A DNA stretch of 64,000 bases from positions 3,596,001-3,660,000 of the forward strand of contig JAYWIR010000015.1 in assembly GCA_036172245.1 (NCBI GenBank). Reading direction: 5' to 3'. Under the pieces are notes generated by a model. It did no database searches, was not told where the DNA came from, and saw nothing but the letters and a program-made list of their open reading frames with translations. Shown here one piece after another: positions 38,451 through 51,400 of this stretch (position 1 is its first letter; each line of letters opens with the position of its first letter). This DNA comes from Raillietiella orientalis. Taxonomy: Eukaryota. The translations under genes and the position numbers were made by a program.

Positions 38451-41400
38451 CCTGACACAACCTTTAGAAGTGGTGGCTCAGGACACAGCAAAGTGGTCGA
38501 CCTGGGACGCCATATCCCTTTCCGAAGCCTTGTCTATCCCAGGAGAAAGAGACGGCAGCTTCCAGTTGGCGAGTTGGTAGTTTTTCTGCACCACTGCAGG
38601 GAAAAGAAAACTCCTGGGCGTCTGGAAGATGCGCGAGTTGGAGGATGCTGCCACTTCGCGTACTCTGGCGACGAGACCCCTTCGGTGGAGTCAACTTCTG
38701 GGTGTTGCCCCCGAGGAACTTGTGGTCCCTTCCCAATGTCTCAACGCTTCTCATTCCCTCTCTCCTGAAAACAGACTGTGCTGCTTTTGTTATACTGGGA
38801 ATTCCAATGCAACGAGCGCCGGAAGCATCGTTTTCTCAAGCACTGCATCCCCGAATTGTGCCAGGTATGGATCGGCGGAGTCGGTCTTGCACCTGGTTTT
38901 GGACGGCGATGCTTTCCAGGACCTATGGTGGAGGCTGGCTGGGTCAGCCCTCCTTCACCAGGAGGACACCGGTAGCGACCTGCTGTGGCGGTTCTTTTCG
39001 CCGGAAGAGTTTCGACGAGCGCGGTGATTTCAACCATTGGTTGCATCTCTACCATCGTCACGGGGCCCGCCGGCTCGAGACCACGAAGCAGAAAAGGGAG
39101 GTAACCAGGATATGTAGCCTCTCATGTAAGGATGGCTGCAAGGTGGCCTTACCTAAAAAAAAATCATGGAGGAGATCGCCGGCATTTAGAGCCGGTTTTG
39201 AAGGAACGGAGGACACCGGTGATCCTTGTACCCAGCCTCTTTTTATTTTTTAGTTTGTTTTTCGTTCCCCGTTCCCTTTGCTCCATGTCTTTCCCAGTTT
39301 GCAGAGTTTCATCCTGGTGTACACAGAGCGAAATCAAAGACCCTTGCTTCATCCCCTCGGGTTTCATCACTTTTTTTTCCATTGTTCCTCTTACCCTCTC
39401 TTCCGTTTCAGACTTTCGAATATTCGACCTGCGTGTCGGTGGACCTTCCCCCTCAAGTTCTTTTATCTTCGTTTGGGAACCGCGGTTGGTTGGTTGGTTT
39501 GGTTTATTTTTAACGAAATAAACGTTCGGCGTGACCAAGTGAAAAACCTGGATGCTCCTGGGCGCTCAGAGGCACCACTGGATGCCATCTATTCTCGCTC
39601 GCTGCGCGATCCCGGAATCGTCCTGCCTTTGAAAGTCAAGGAGTTACCTTGACAGCTCGAAGATCATCCACGATTCATCGTGTGCTTGCACGGTGGTTAC
39701 TGGTTGTTCTTACGTTTGCACGGAGAATTCTATCCGTGAAAAAGAGCTCACGTATTCTGTCTGCGTTGCAGACTGTTTGACGTGTGACGACGGAGACAAT
39801 TGCAAAGGCAGCTGAGTGAAGAAGCCTGCAGCCATGGGACTAGCATCAGAAAGTTACGGTGAAGAAGAAGAGAAATGCAGTGGATAGCGTGCGATGAGAG
39901 AAGGTCAAGCAAAATGCAATGGTGTCTTTGCTTACTTTTAGTCAGCATTGGTGCGCTCCTTGTTTAGCGAGTAACGGATGTTATAATGAATGTAGGTAAA
40001 GAGTTGTAGAAGAGAGTAGTCAGTCATTTCTACTGCGCTGCATCTTGATCTGTTGACAGTCCAGAGAACGACTACTCTGCTCCGAATTCGCTAAACCTAC
40101 GTTTGGATTCTTCAGCGATCGAGGAATAGATGCCATCCTGATGTTCTGAATCGGTTTATGCGTGCTGAAGGACTCGAATGAAGATTCCGTCAGTGACGCT
40201 ATCAGCTTTAGCTGAACCGCCTGGTTCCCTGCAATCTTGCTACTCTCTCACTCCGCATCCCTTGTCCCCTCTTGAGATCTTCGGCACACGAGTTGCAACC
40301 ATGCCAAGAGGACGACTAGGCCGTAGTTCCTTTTCCTCCCAGCCACGAAACATCTGCACCTCTAGCCGCAACGGAAGCTGAACGTCCGGAAGCATTTAGG
40401 AAGCCATCACTGTGATGCGGCACGCCAGCATCACGAAGAAAGAGGCATTTTTTTCACGTTTGCATTCCGCATCCTCATCCATCCTCCAGCCAAGGGAACT
40501 CGGAGGCGGACTTCTTCCACCGCTTTAGGCTGCTGGTTCTCAAGGGAGCGCACAGTTGAAGGATGTCGAAAAACCAGGCCTGATCCTATCTCTCGGCTTT
40601 TCGGGGAAGGACAGTGCCTCCTACTTGCTCTGGTGGGATTCCAGATGCTCTTGATCTCCACTGAGCTGGCCTGCGTGATGGAGGAAGAAGGGCAGAGGGA
40701 GGAGTCATCTAAACTCGTGCGGCCAGCAAGCAGAGGTGCCCCCTCCGCACCCTAAGAGGCTCGGGACAAGAGGAGGCGCGATGGGGATCAGCCGCCATCC
40801 CTTGGATCATTTGCGACTTTGAGAGCAAGCGACTGTCGGTGTTACCGGGACAGCAAGCGGAAGCTGAGAGAACCTGAAGCTGACGAGGCTGAAGCAGTCA
40901 GAGAGATCCAGAAATGAAATGATGCTTGCGCCGCAGGAAGGAACGGAATTCTAAAATGCCTTTTAACCTCAGGCATGAGAACTCCTGCTTGCCTCTGCTT
41001 CCCTCCAGTCGTTCGGAAATAGAAGCAGAGAAAACTGGGAGTGCAAGAAGTCCTCGCGGGCACAGAAAGCGTGCGGTCCTCTGCTGCTCCAGGTTCTTCC
41101 TTAGTTCAGTACGCGTCCTTGGTGCAGAGGGAAAAAGGGGCAACCAATGGAAAACGATGGAGCGCAGATTACTGAGAGCGATCTTCAGGCGACGCCCACA
41201 CAGATGAAACAAAAGGGGGAGGAGAAGAGGAGGGAGAAGATGCAATTGACGTGCTTCCCTCGGAGACGATCCGAGGAGCCCCAGCGCTTCCTGACAGGAA
41301 GACGTTTAAAAGAAACCTTCCTCCAGTTTGCGGGCATAATGGCGGCAGCGCCTTCTCTGCGGAGTGAAGGGACCAGCGAGAGAGCGACGTTCTTCCCTCA

Positions 41401-42409
41401 TTGGTCCCGAAAAGTCTACTCTCCGTCGTCTTCGCTTCCCTTTTTCCCTTCTGTTGTTCTAGGAAACAGCAGAGAGAATAAAAAGGGAGGAAGGAATATT
41501 CTCTTTTCAGTGGTGTAGGCGATAATCATTACGGAGGACAGAGGGAACGCGGGAGAGTGCTCTCTTGGAATACAAGGAACCTGCCTTTCTGGAAGATCTT
41601 GGAACGTAGATAGTTGCCTCATCTCTGCAGCACTGGATCTTACCACTGCTGGAGGAGTGCTGAGCGGCAGGTCGTGGAGGCCCTGCGAAGAGACAGATCG
41701 ATGCATCGATCGATTCGGGATAGCGTTTCCTAGGGAACGGAGCTTCCCATTGGAAAGCTCTGTGGCTGGAAAGGGCGCGGTGCTTTCCACGGATTCCTCA
41801 GTCTTCTCCGCCCGGAAAAGGCAAAAGGTGAGGCTAGTTTCAAGCGCAACTAGGGCAGACGGGCTTCCCGTGGGATTTCTGGGGAGACAACAGGGAGCAT
41901 CCTCTTTAAAAGAGGGAAAAAAACTGTATTTCTTGCAAAAATAGTTGGGATCGTATCTGAGGCGGAAAAACGTGAGAAAACCAGCAGTCTTTGTATTACG
42001 AGAGGCAGACAGAGACGGAAACAAGGGGCAACAACGGACCGGGGAAGAAAGGCAGGAATGGCACCGGGGGCGGAAATCTTCTGGAAGTCAGAGCAAACCA
42101 GCTCAGCGGAACTTCCAGGCATCAAGTATGGTCCAAAAAACGTGCAGAAACAAAAGGGAGGTGAAGAAAGTCAAGCAGGTCCTCGGAGTCCATGGAAGAA
42201 TTTTTCCTTTGCTTTTGTTTTTTTTCGCTCTTTTTTTTCCTCTCTTTTGTTTTTCCTTCCTCCAGGTTTCTCTTCGGCTTTCGAGATGTGTGCACTCACT
42301 CCTCGGTTGAGCAGGCACGGCGATTCTTCAGTTCTCGCTTTTCTCCGACTGCTAGAGGGTCTTTCCAAACCGCATGGAATCGTGCGGCGAGCACCAGGGT
42401 CACGTAGTT

Positions 42410-45400
42410 TCATTGGTGTATGTACCACAAGAAGAAGTACATGAGGAAGCATAAGTACGCGACCGGAAACACTACTCGCGAGATCACGTCGATGGACTTG
42501 GCTATCCGGACAGGGTTGTATCCGTCTTCGGAAGAGGCATCTTGTCTTCCGGCCTCATAAACAACTCTGGAAGAGCTTCCAGCTTCCACGACCACGGGAA
42601 GGTTCCCGTTCTTCTTGTCCGACCTGTGCTTCCTGATCTGCAACAGGAAAAGGAAAAGCAAGTGAGGACGAGTAGCCTGCGGATGAGAGCAGAGTATGGG
42701 GGTGAACGCGCGCGTGCTCGGAGAGTCCCTGGAGAGAGTCTTTGTTTGGTCTTTGAAACAGAGCTCCAGCAAAGAAGGAAACCAAGGAGGAAGCCAGGTA
42801 GAGAGAGACTGCTTTGAGGCAGCAGGACTGCAAGCGCCATCAGTGGGTTGCCTCAGGCGGAAGGTCCAGGGGGAACAAAAGGGCCCGGACGACAGTGATT
42901 CAGAGGAGGACAGCATGACGGAGGAACCGGGAAATGATCTCGGAGCAACTGCCTCTTTCAGCGGTTCCTCCAAGACGCAAATCCGGGAGAAGAACAGGGT
43001 CTCCATGCACACAATTCCTCCACTCAGGCTTTTGCTGGAGGCCGCTTGGCTGTGGTCCAGCGCGCGGTGCCAAGCATTGCGGGTTCGAACCCCAACCAGG
43101 GAAGGATCGACGCCGAGAATCAGAGGTGCGTCGTGGGTTCCAAGTCCCTCCCGCAGAATGACTCTGGTTGGTCCAGGAGTTTCGAGTGCAGCACCCGTAG
43201 AAGTCGAAATCCCCCAGATGCCCCCGTTGACAGGCCGAGATTCGAAGTTGACCCTCCGGTGTCCTTCCAGGAATCAAGAAGCACTTCGGAGTTCCCATCC
43301 GGTTGTGAAAATGGAGCCATATCATCGCGTACTGGGGTTGGTTGTTACCCCCCTTGAGGGGGTTGCCTCTCCAGAGTGCAAGAAGCACGCTGCTCCCTTC
43401 GTGGAGAGTCCTTCAGAGAAATTGGGAAGCGTCCCTTCGAAGTTCTCTTCGGAGGAGGAAAGAAGGAGAGCTTCCCCTGTGGGTTTTCTTCGGAGAAGAA
43501 ATTCCCTTCAGAAGAGGATCCTTTCCTGATTCCATTCGGAAAAGAAATAACGGAGCCGCTCCCTCCAGAGAGTCCCTCTGGAGAGAATAAGGAAGAAGTT
43601 CCCTTCGGGGCTCTCAACCAAGCGTGAGGTAGAGTGGACTCCTTCCTCCAGTGCCTTCCTGGATTCATAGGGTAGTCTCTCCGAGGTTACCCACTATAAC
43701 TTTGGAGGGTGACACGCATCCCCGGGTGGAGTGGACAGGGCGCTTTCCTAAGGAGGCGAGCGATTCTTCAGCACTTGGGGAACCAAAAAAAGAAAACCCG
43801 AAAGAAAAAAAAAAGCAGAAAGGAAAGCAGGGAAACCATAAGAACCCAGAAGGATTTCCATCACTCGGTCGATAGCGCCATGGCGACAACTTTGTTGCCA
43901 AGCGCAATGTCGTGGGTCCACAGGGAGGAGGCACCATCGTCAAAACTCGCCTCGAAGGACAAGCACGGGACAAAATCCACATCGTCCTTGGAGCAATCTC
44001 CGACCAATCCTGGTCAAAGAGAGTGGCTAGGCACTAGAGTTCCCCCTAGGGGTTTCCTCAGAGACATCTTCGAGGTGAGCCCCCCGAACCCAGAACAGCG
44101 TACGAGAAAGTCTCTAGCAGGGTCAGGAGAACCTGAGTGAAAGGATCCAGATTCCGGCCGCCGTTTCAGTTTTGGAGAGTAAAGGAACCCAAGTCTGTAA
44201 ATAGGGAACTCTGAAATCGAGACGGGAGAACCTGTAGGAATCCAAAAAGATGGTTGATCACAATCCTGTAGTGATTCTTTGATCTTTTCATCAGGTAGGG
44301 TCACATGATGCCCAGATGGTTCTTCCTCGAGTGGCAACAGGGCCCAAGCCTACTGTAGGAACGGTGGCTGGTGGCTGCAGAGAGTTTCGAGCAGCAGCCC
44401 TTCAAAATGATCTGGGAGATCAAGCATCTTTGAGGTCAAGGAAGTGAAGATAGCAAACGATGAACTCGAAGGATTTCAGGGAGAGAGAGCTCCGAGGTTC
44501 AGGAACATGGAGATGAGGAGGGAAAAACACGTTATCAAATGAACACAGTACGCCCATGAGGGCGAGACCTTCGCTTGCAACAGCGAAAAAGACGCGAGAA
44601 GGAAGGGTTCCAAGCGGCAACGCCTGAAACGGCAGCACCCAAAGCCGCTGCTCTCCCCGGAGGCCGGGTTGGCAGTTCGCGTTCGATCCTGCGCAACCCC
44701 GTGGTTCCCCGGCGGCTGGACTCTCGCTAGGAGTCTCCCTAGGAAGGTGGAGCGCTTAGAAATGCTCAGCTTCTGGGTACGCTAGAGGGAGCGGGATCCG
44801 GGAAGTGCTCAAGTGAATACGGTGGGGAGGCGGTTGAGATAGCAGCTGCCCGCGACACTGGCAAGAGAGATCCGTCAGAGATCCTGGGAGCAAGATGCAC
44901 ACGCCTCACGATCAGAACTCAGAGAAGCTGCAAGAGACCTTGGACCTTGTCCGAGCACACAACTGACACTACAGACTATAAAATTGCTCCTGAGAGAGAA
45001 GAGAAGAGAAGGAGAGTGTTGGTGCTTCTTGTGAGCTTTCCTCAAAGGAAAGAAGGGAACTCACGGATCTGAGCCGCATTCTTTTCATCCCCAGCAGCAG
45101 CAGCTTCGGCATGCTGCGCTTCCGACCGATGTAGTTGACGCAGATGAAGCTTAGCATAGAAGCGTAGATGAAGACCATGCAGACTCCGTCCCAGGCGTTC
45201 ATGGCTGTCAGGTTGGACACAACCGGTAGATTCGACCGAAAGCCATTGGACGTCGTGAAGAAGTTCAAGATGGTGGTGACCCCGATCATGACCCGGGCAG
45301 GCACAGCATTCCACTCCAACCAGAACGTGGTAAACGAACTAGAAACCAGGACCAGTCCCGGGATGAAAACCGTGGTGAAGTAGAAGGCCCTGTCCCTGGT

Positions 45401-48400
45401 AAACTTCAGGTCCACTCGGAGGCAGCTGAACTCTCCTGGAAGCATGGAACACAGCGCTCGGAGACGTAGGAATCTTTCCCCCTCCCCTCTGCAAAAGAGC
45501 GCGCCCTTGGGGACTAAAGAACCTCCAAAAGCTCTCTTGCTTTTGGTGAGCTGGACAGCAAGATAAGGAAACAGAACGATAGCGCTTGGGTGGAGTCGAA
45601 GCTGTTGCAGGGCGCGCCTCGACCTTGAGTCTACCCTCAAACGCCTGGGTCGGAAGTTGCGCCACGGACCGAGATCACTCCGCCTATTTTTCCAACTCCA
45701 CAATCTATGGTCACAAATCCTTTCGAGGCACGGGTCATTTGCGCTGGTCCCTTCCAGGTTTCTCCGCTCCCCATCGTTTCTGCTCCGCATGGTGGAAGAA
45801 GAGCAGCAGCACCGCTCAGAGCGTCATTGGCTCGTAGTCGCTGAGAAGGGGTTGGGTCGAAGGCCGCTGGCAGAATGCCTTCCCTTTGGGAGGTCGGAAG
45901 CTCGGCCGAAACTCTACTTCCTTCTGCCCCCCAAATAGACCCTCTCTGGACCCCCTCAGTGGGCAGACGGCTCTCGAGACAGGTGGGCGAGCCCTCCGAC
46001 GAGTGGAGGAATCTAACAGAAGACGGACGGTGCCAGAGAGAGAGGCACAAAAAGGAGGAGGTCTTTTTCCAGGGACACCCGAGGGGTGTCTTCTCTTCGC
46101 CGCCGCCGCATTGTGCGCGCGCACGCAGGGGGCTTGGCAGCAGCGACCCACCTCTCCAGGAACTCACGTCACAACGGACGGTGCTGTTGTCCATCAGGTA
46201 GGCGTTCAACATGGTCAGCTTCTCGCCGCGCAGGATACCGTTGCCCCCCTCTGTGTCCGACACCCACTGGTACTTCAGCATGTCCTGCTCGTATGAGTCT
46301 GCAAGAAAAATCAGCCACCTCTGAGGTCGTCTGTTCGGGGACGGAGGACGGATGGACAGGAGGGTACGAGGGAGCCATCCACTTGCTCCCCTCTTCCTTT
46401 TCTCTCCAGTCCCTCTGGTGGAGGAGGCGCTCCTGGTGGCCGCGCCGGAAGTGTCCCGGAAAGGCGACAAAGGAGGGCGAGGAGGAGTGAGAGAGGATGA
46501 GGAAGTTGAATGAGGCGGACGAATGGGTGTGCACGCCGGAGGAGTGGCGGCCGTATCACCTGCTAATACTCACTGCTTTCCAGCGAGAAGGAGCACAGCG
46601 GAAAGTCGAAAGGGAAGATCCTGAGGTCTCCCTGGCAGGAGAGGACGAGACTCCTCCTGGAAGGAAGACGAATCGGTCTCCAGCTGGTGGATCTGGGAGC
46701 CGTCCCAGTCTGGGGAACGGGGCCTTGGGAAGGGAAAAGAGAGGACTCCACGGAACAAAGGGGTCCTTCGCCTTCCCCCCTCTAGCGCGACGCAGGCGAA
46801 AGCGGAGAGAAATACCTCCAAAAAGGGGATGGAAAATGGGGCGGCGGAAGGGAAGGATCGCTCCCACAGCACATTTTCGGGTCCACCACGAAGATGAATC
46901 CGGAAGCCTTGCCTTCCTGTCCCTTTTCCCTCGGAAGGGACAGCTCCTCTGAAGAGCTACGAACGCGAAGAAAGGGTTTGCGAGCTCCCTCTCAAGAAAG
47001 GAGCGCTGGAAAGGCGCGGAATGGTAGCCACCCCCCCCCCTTCCCTCTGGAAGGACTCTCAGAAAGGGAAAGCTTCTCCCAGAGGTCCGAGTCTCCCTCC
47101 CGCACACTGTCCTTCCCGCTGACCTGGTGGTGTACTGGACGTCCCCGCTGCTGAAGACGCGCAGGACTAGGTTGGGCACGGTAGGGTCCTTGAAGTCCCC
47201 GTGTAGGATGAAGAGGGTATCCGGGAGCCACAGGTGGTCCAGATGCTGATAAGCGTTCAGGTAGTTCTTGCGGCTGTGGTTGCGGTGGCGCAGGCGCGGG
47301 TCCACCCACCGCTGATGGAACAGGAACTCGATCTCGTACTTCTGGAAGGGCTCAGTGATTCCTTGAGAGTCTGGGAGGGAGTGCGCGCAGTGTCTGTAAG
47401 GGTTCCTGGAACCAGGACATCCCTCCCTAGGAGACGGCGTTGTAGGATTGAGGGTAAGTTGGAATGCGAAGCCGCGAGGGGTGGGAAAGGTTCGCGAGGG
47501 ACCGAAGGATCGAGGGAGGGGGCAGAATCTGGGAAGGAACCCCCTGAGTCGGAGGTCTTGCTCCTCCCCAGAGTTCCTCCCTGCGAGCCTGTTCGCAGCG
47601 CGCGCTGGTCTGGGAGTTCGTTCGCCCCTGCCCACCCTCTCTTCGGGCTGCTCGTCTGACAATCCCTGATTTTCCCGGATGGAGAATGGCACGATGCCAC
47701 CACCATCTTGAGAGAGTGGGGCGGTCAAGGACCGAGGAGTGGGAGAGGGAGGAAGAGGGAGAGGAAGAAAGCGCACATCTCCTGAGTATTGGACTTTCTC
47801 TTCGCCTCCATGTCCTGACAAAGTTCTCGAGACGCCCTCAGGCGGAGCGAGTGAGGCGCGTACATTTCTGGGATGGAAAGAGAGAGAAATCTTCCTTCCC
47901 CAGGTCGCCTAGGGAGAAGAGAGAGGGTCCTGTTATGAGACTAGGAGGAGGTACAAGTGACCTTTTTTTCCGTTCAGAACTCCCTCGGAAGAGGCGACGA
48001 ACCCAGATAAGGAGCTGGTGGGGTAGGGGAAGAAACGGACGGATGCTCCCGGAGGTACTTACCAGGCTGGACTCATCAGGGGACGAAAGACTCAGCAGTA
48101 GAAGGCTAACGTTGACGACCACCGGACCTGTGAACAGAGGATGCTGCATGAGAGCGAACTCCACGGATTTCCCTGGAGGAGGGAACCCACTCCCAGGTGC
48201 TTCCAGGCGGAAGAGAGAGGGATACTGGGAGGAAGGAAACGGTTCTTTCTTTTCGAGAAGAGCATGGCCTGGAAAAGGGGAGGGGAAGGGAGGTATCCCC
48301 TCCTCACCTGTCCCCTAGCTTTTGCACCCCTGCCTTGCCCGAGAGAGGGCAAGTCGATGAGCGATCCCTTCCCGAAAAGGCAAGGGGAAAAGGAAAGGAG

Positions 48401-51400
48401 GGAGAGGCTCGCTACCTTCTCGCCCTACCGGCAGGAGGGATTTCCTCCTCCTCTCCCCTTCTTGGTGTTCCTAAGCAACAGAGACAGTGACTATTCCGGC
48501 GCGTTGAGGAAAGGAAGGGCAGGCGAGGGAGTGCAAGAGCCGCGAAAACGCCGCTTTCGGAAGCGATCCCGAGGAATCGCAACCTCATGCTCTTCGAGGG
48601 CTCTTGCGCTGACTATATCAGTGGGTGAAAGCCCATCGTGGGGGTTTCTTTCCAGGAGGCACCTTCCGGCGGAGGATTTCTGGTCAGCGGACCTTTGGGA
48701 ATGCGAGAAAAGAAATCGGTGCCGTATTCCTCCTTCTCGTCCCGAGGTGCAATAGGGACTTATTTTATCCATGTCTTCTCCCGCCTTCTTCAGAGGAGGA
48801 TTGATCCCATCCGGACGAGCTACTTTCTCTTGGACGCCCATGGTGGACGGCTCCAGCGTAACCCGGAGAGAGCCGTCGAAGTAGCGGACAGAAGGGGAAC
48901 ATGAAGGAATAGACCGCGGTGGCTCGGCCCTCCGGCCCGCATGGGAACGAGTCGGGAACAGGGAGACGAAGAAGCTCCTTGACACGATAGGAGGAGGGAG
49001 AACAGAGGAGATGATCTGCAGGCTCCAGAAAGCGCCACAGAATTCCCGTAGGCTGGATTTCTTCGAAGAAATCCGTGTGGGATTCCGCTTCCGGAGATTC
49101 TCCTTCCTTCTAATGGAAGGAGGAGCAGCCGGAGACGTTGGACGCCCCTAGTGGGAAGTGCGGAGGCGTCCGACTGTCCTTTCCGTGCCAACACTCCGGT
49201 CATGTTGTGACCAGCGGATTGTCGGAGAGCCGAAATGGGGAGGGAAAGCAGAAGGAAAGACGGGGAAGCTATCGTTCCTCGAGGACGTGGAATGAGACGG
49301 GGTTGCCTTGGAAACGGAGCAGGAGGGGAGAGAAAGGAAGAGAGGGGATGATGAAGTGAGCGGAGGAGTAGAGGAGTGGAAGTGTAGGAGGAAGAGGAGG
49401 AGGAGGATAAGAAAGGAAGACGATATTGGAAGTCCTCTCTCTCCCTGTGGGCAAGCGCCAGTGGAGGCGGAGATGGCCTATAGCTTGCTAACTGCCACGT
49501 GGGCGTGGCTCTGAGTGAAGGACGCACCTCACCGTCTCCGTAAGCAGCCGTTCGGGAACCACTATCCCCAGTTAGAGCCCACTCGAAGGAGTTACCCTCG
49601 TGGGGGATGGGGCAGGGAGAGGGAGGAAGTCCGACGTAATGGGTGCCAAAGTTTCTTTTCCCTCGACTCGCCGGTTCCCCTGAGCCCTTTGCGCGGTCCC
49701 CTTCCTTTTCCTTTTTCTTCTAGGCGGGAATCCGACGTACCATCGGAGGGAGGAAGAATCCTCTTGTCGTATCCTTCCTTCAGGAGGCTGTCCAGGATCT
49801 GGTTCTCCGCCAGGTTCGCCGAATTCCTGAAAGACAGTGCTCGCCGTCAGCTCGTTTACGAGGGCAGCGGGTTTGCTGCTTCCGGGGTCGCCGGACAGCA
49901 CGGGAGGGAAGCGTCGTGCGCGCGCGGGAAGGAAGACGATCCAGAAGGGATGGATGGATCCTCCTCCTCCTGCTCCCAGGGTGATAGCGGCAGCCGGTCA
50001 GGAAGGGCGCTTCGCCTCAGTCACGGGCTCTCAACTGCTCGTGTAGCCGCCGGTCATCACATCGCTCCTCTTGTCGAGTAGTGACCCGACAGGAGCTCCT
50101 TGAGATGACCCGAGGAGTCCGTTTCTGGATAATTTAACGCGCCGAACGCGAAATTCTCTTTCTGCGCTCTGGGGAAGGATGGCACCGCTGACCGCGCCGC
50201 CAACCAGAGAAGAATTTTCGGTCTATTTATGAGAGATTCCTTGCCAAGATCGCATCTGTTCCATTTCCCACGCATGACCTCTCTGCCTTCGGGTGCTAGG
50301 AAAGCTTCGACGAGAAAGTTTCCGGGAAAAGCGCTCCTCCGGGGATGGTAGCAGAAGCTAGCACCGCTCGCGACTCCTAGGGAGATTTTCCTATGAATCC
50401 AGCATTCGAGCAGACGACTCAGCGTCGTAGAAGCTTGTTTTCCTAGGAGACTCAGCAAACGAAGTAGCGTCTGCTCCACTCCGCCTGATGGACAGTGGAA
50501 CGGATGTGGAGATCAAGGCCCGGAAGTAACCCCGAGTCCCTTCACTGCGATTCTGGAGGGACGGGACGCGGCTGTTGCTTTTCCGAGACCTTTGCCAAGT
50601 CTTTGGTTCACCTCAAGCAGCTTCCTCCCTCTCGCGTTTGCATTTCCCACCCGAATTCGCCCCTCCTTTCGCGCTCAACCTCAGGAGAGGTCGAGGCCCC
50701 AGTGCCCGTGAACCTCTTTTCCCTTATCCTTGCCAAGCTTAGAACGGAGTCGCTGCTGGAGCTCCTGCTACTGCGAGAGAGCGCACAGGGAAACCGCTAT
50801 AATCCCCGAGTGACCGCCGATTGGTGTTGTCACGAGGTTACGAGCGCCGCTGGCTGTGTCCGGGACTCCGATAGCCACCCTAACCAATCGCGCGAGGGCG
50901 TTGTGCAGTTCCGAGGATGCTCGAGCTGCCAGAAGTTCCCGGATTTTCCGGATTAGCAGCAGCAGCAGTTCGATCTCGACCCTTCTGCAGGACTTTGCAA
51001 AGCTGCCCAAAAGGCGCATGGGTCGAGGTTTTCCAAGGGACCCTCCAATTTCTGCTGCTACGGGAGTCTTCTGTGTCCTGGGCGAGAGGCACGCAAGAAT
51101 TGGCCAGCGCTACGAAAGAGGAAACCAGCGAGAAGGGGGGAGGAGCCAAAGGGATCTTCAGTCTTCTGCCTTCTCTCTCCCCCTCTCTCTTTACAGGATG
51201 CTCCGGACGTTGCTGTGAGAACACTTGGAGACTTCAAGGAGAGCCCGAAAGTCCAAGGATCCAGGAAAAGGAAGCCCCTACGGAATCAGGAGAGATCTTT
51301 CTCCGATGCTTCTTGCCCTCCCACTTCCGCTTTTGGAGATTCCTGACCCTGAAAGGGAGGATTTACCACCGGAATCCCATTAGAGAGGACCCATCCTCTC

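Noticed and set aside
45065..45120. Possible frameshift after pHCl M3 (alternative frame HAEAAAAGDEKNAAQI)
   Set aside because: The unshifted frame splices in phase 0 directly to the last exon and gives a complete 425-aa ORF.
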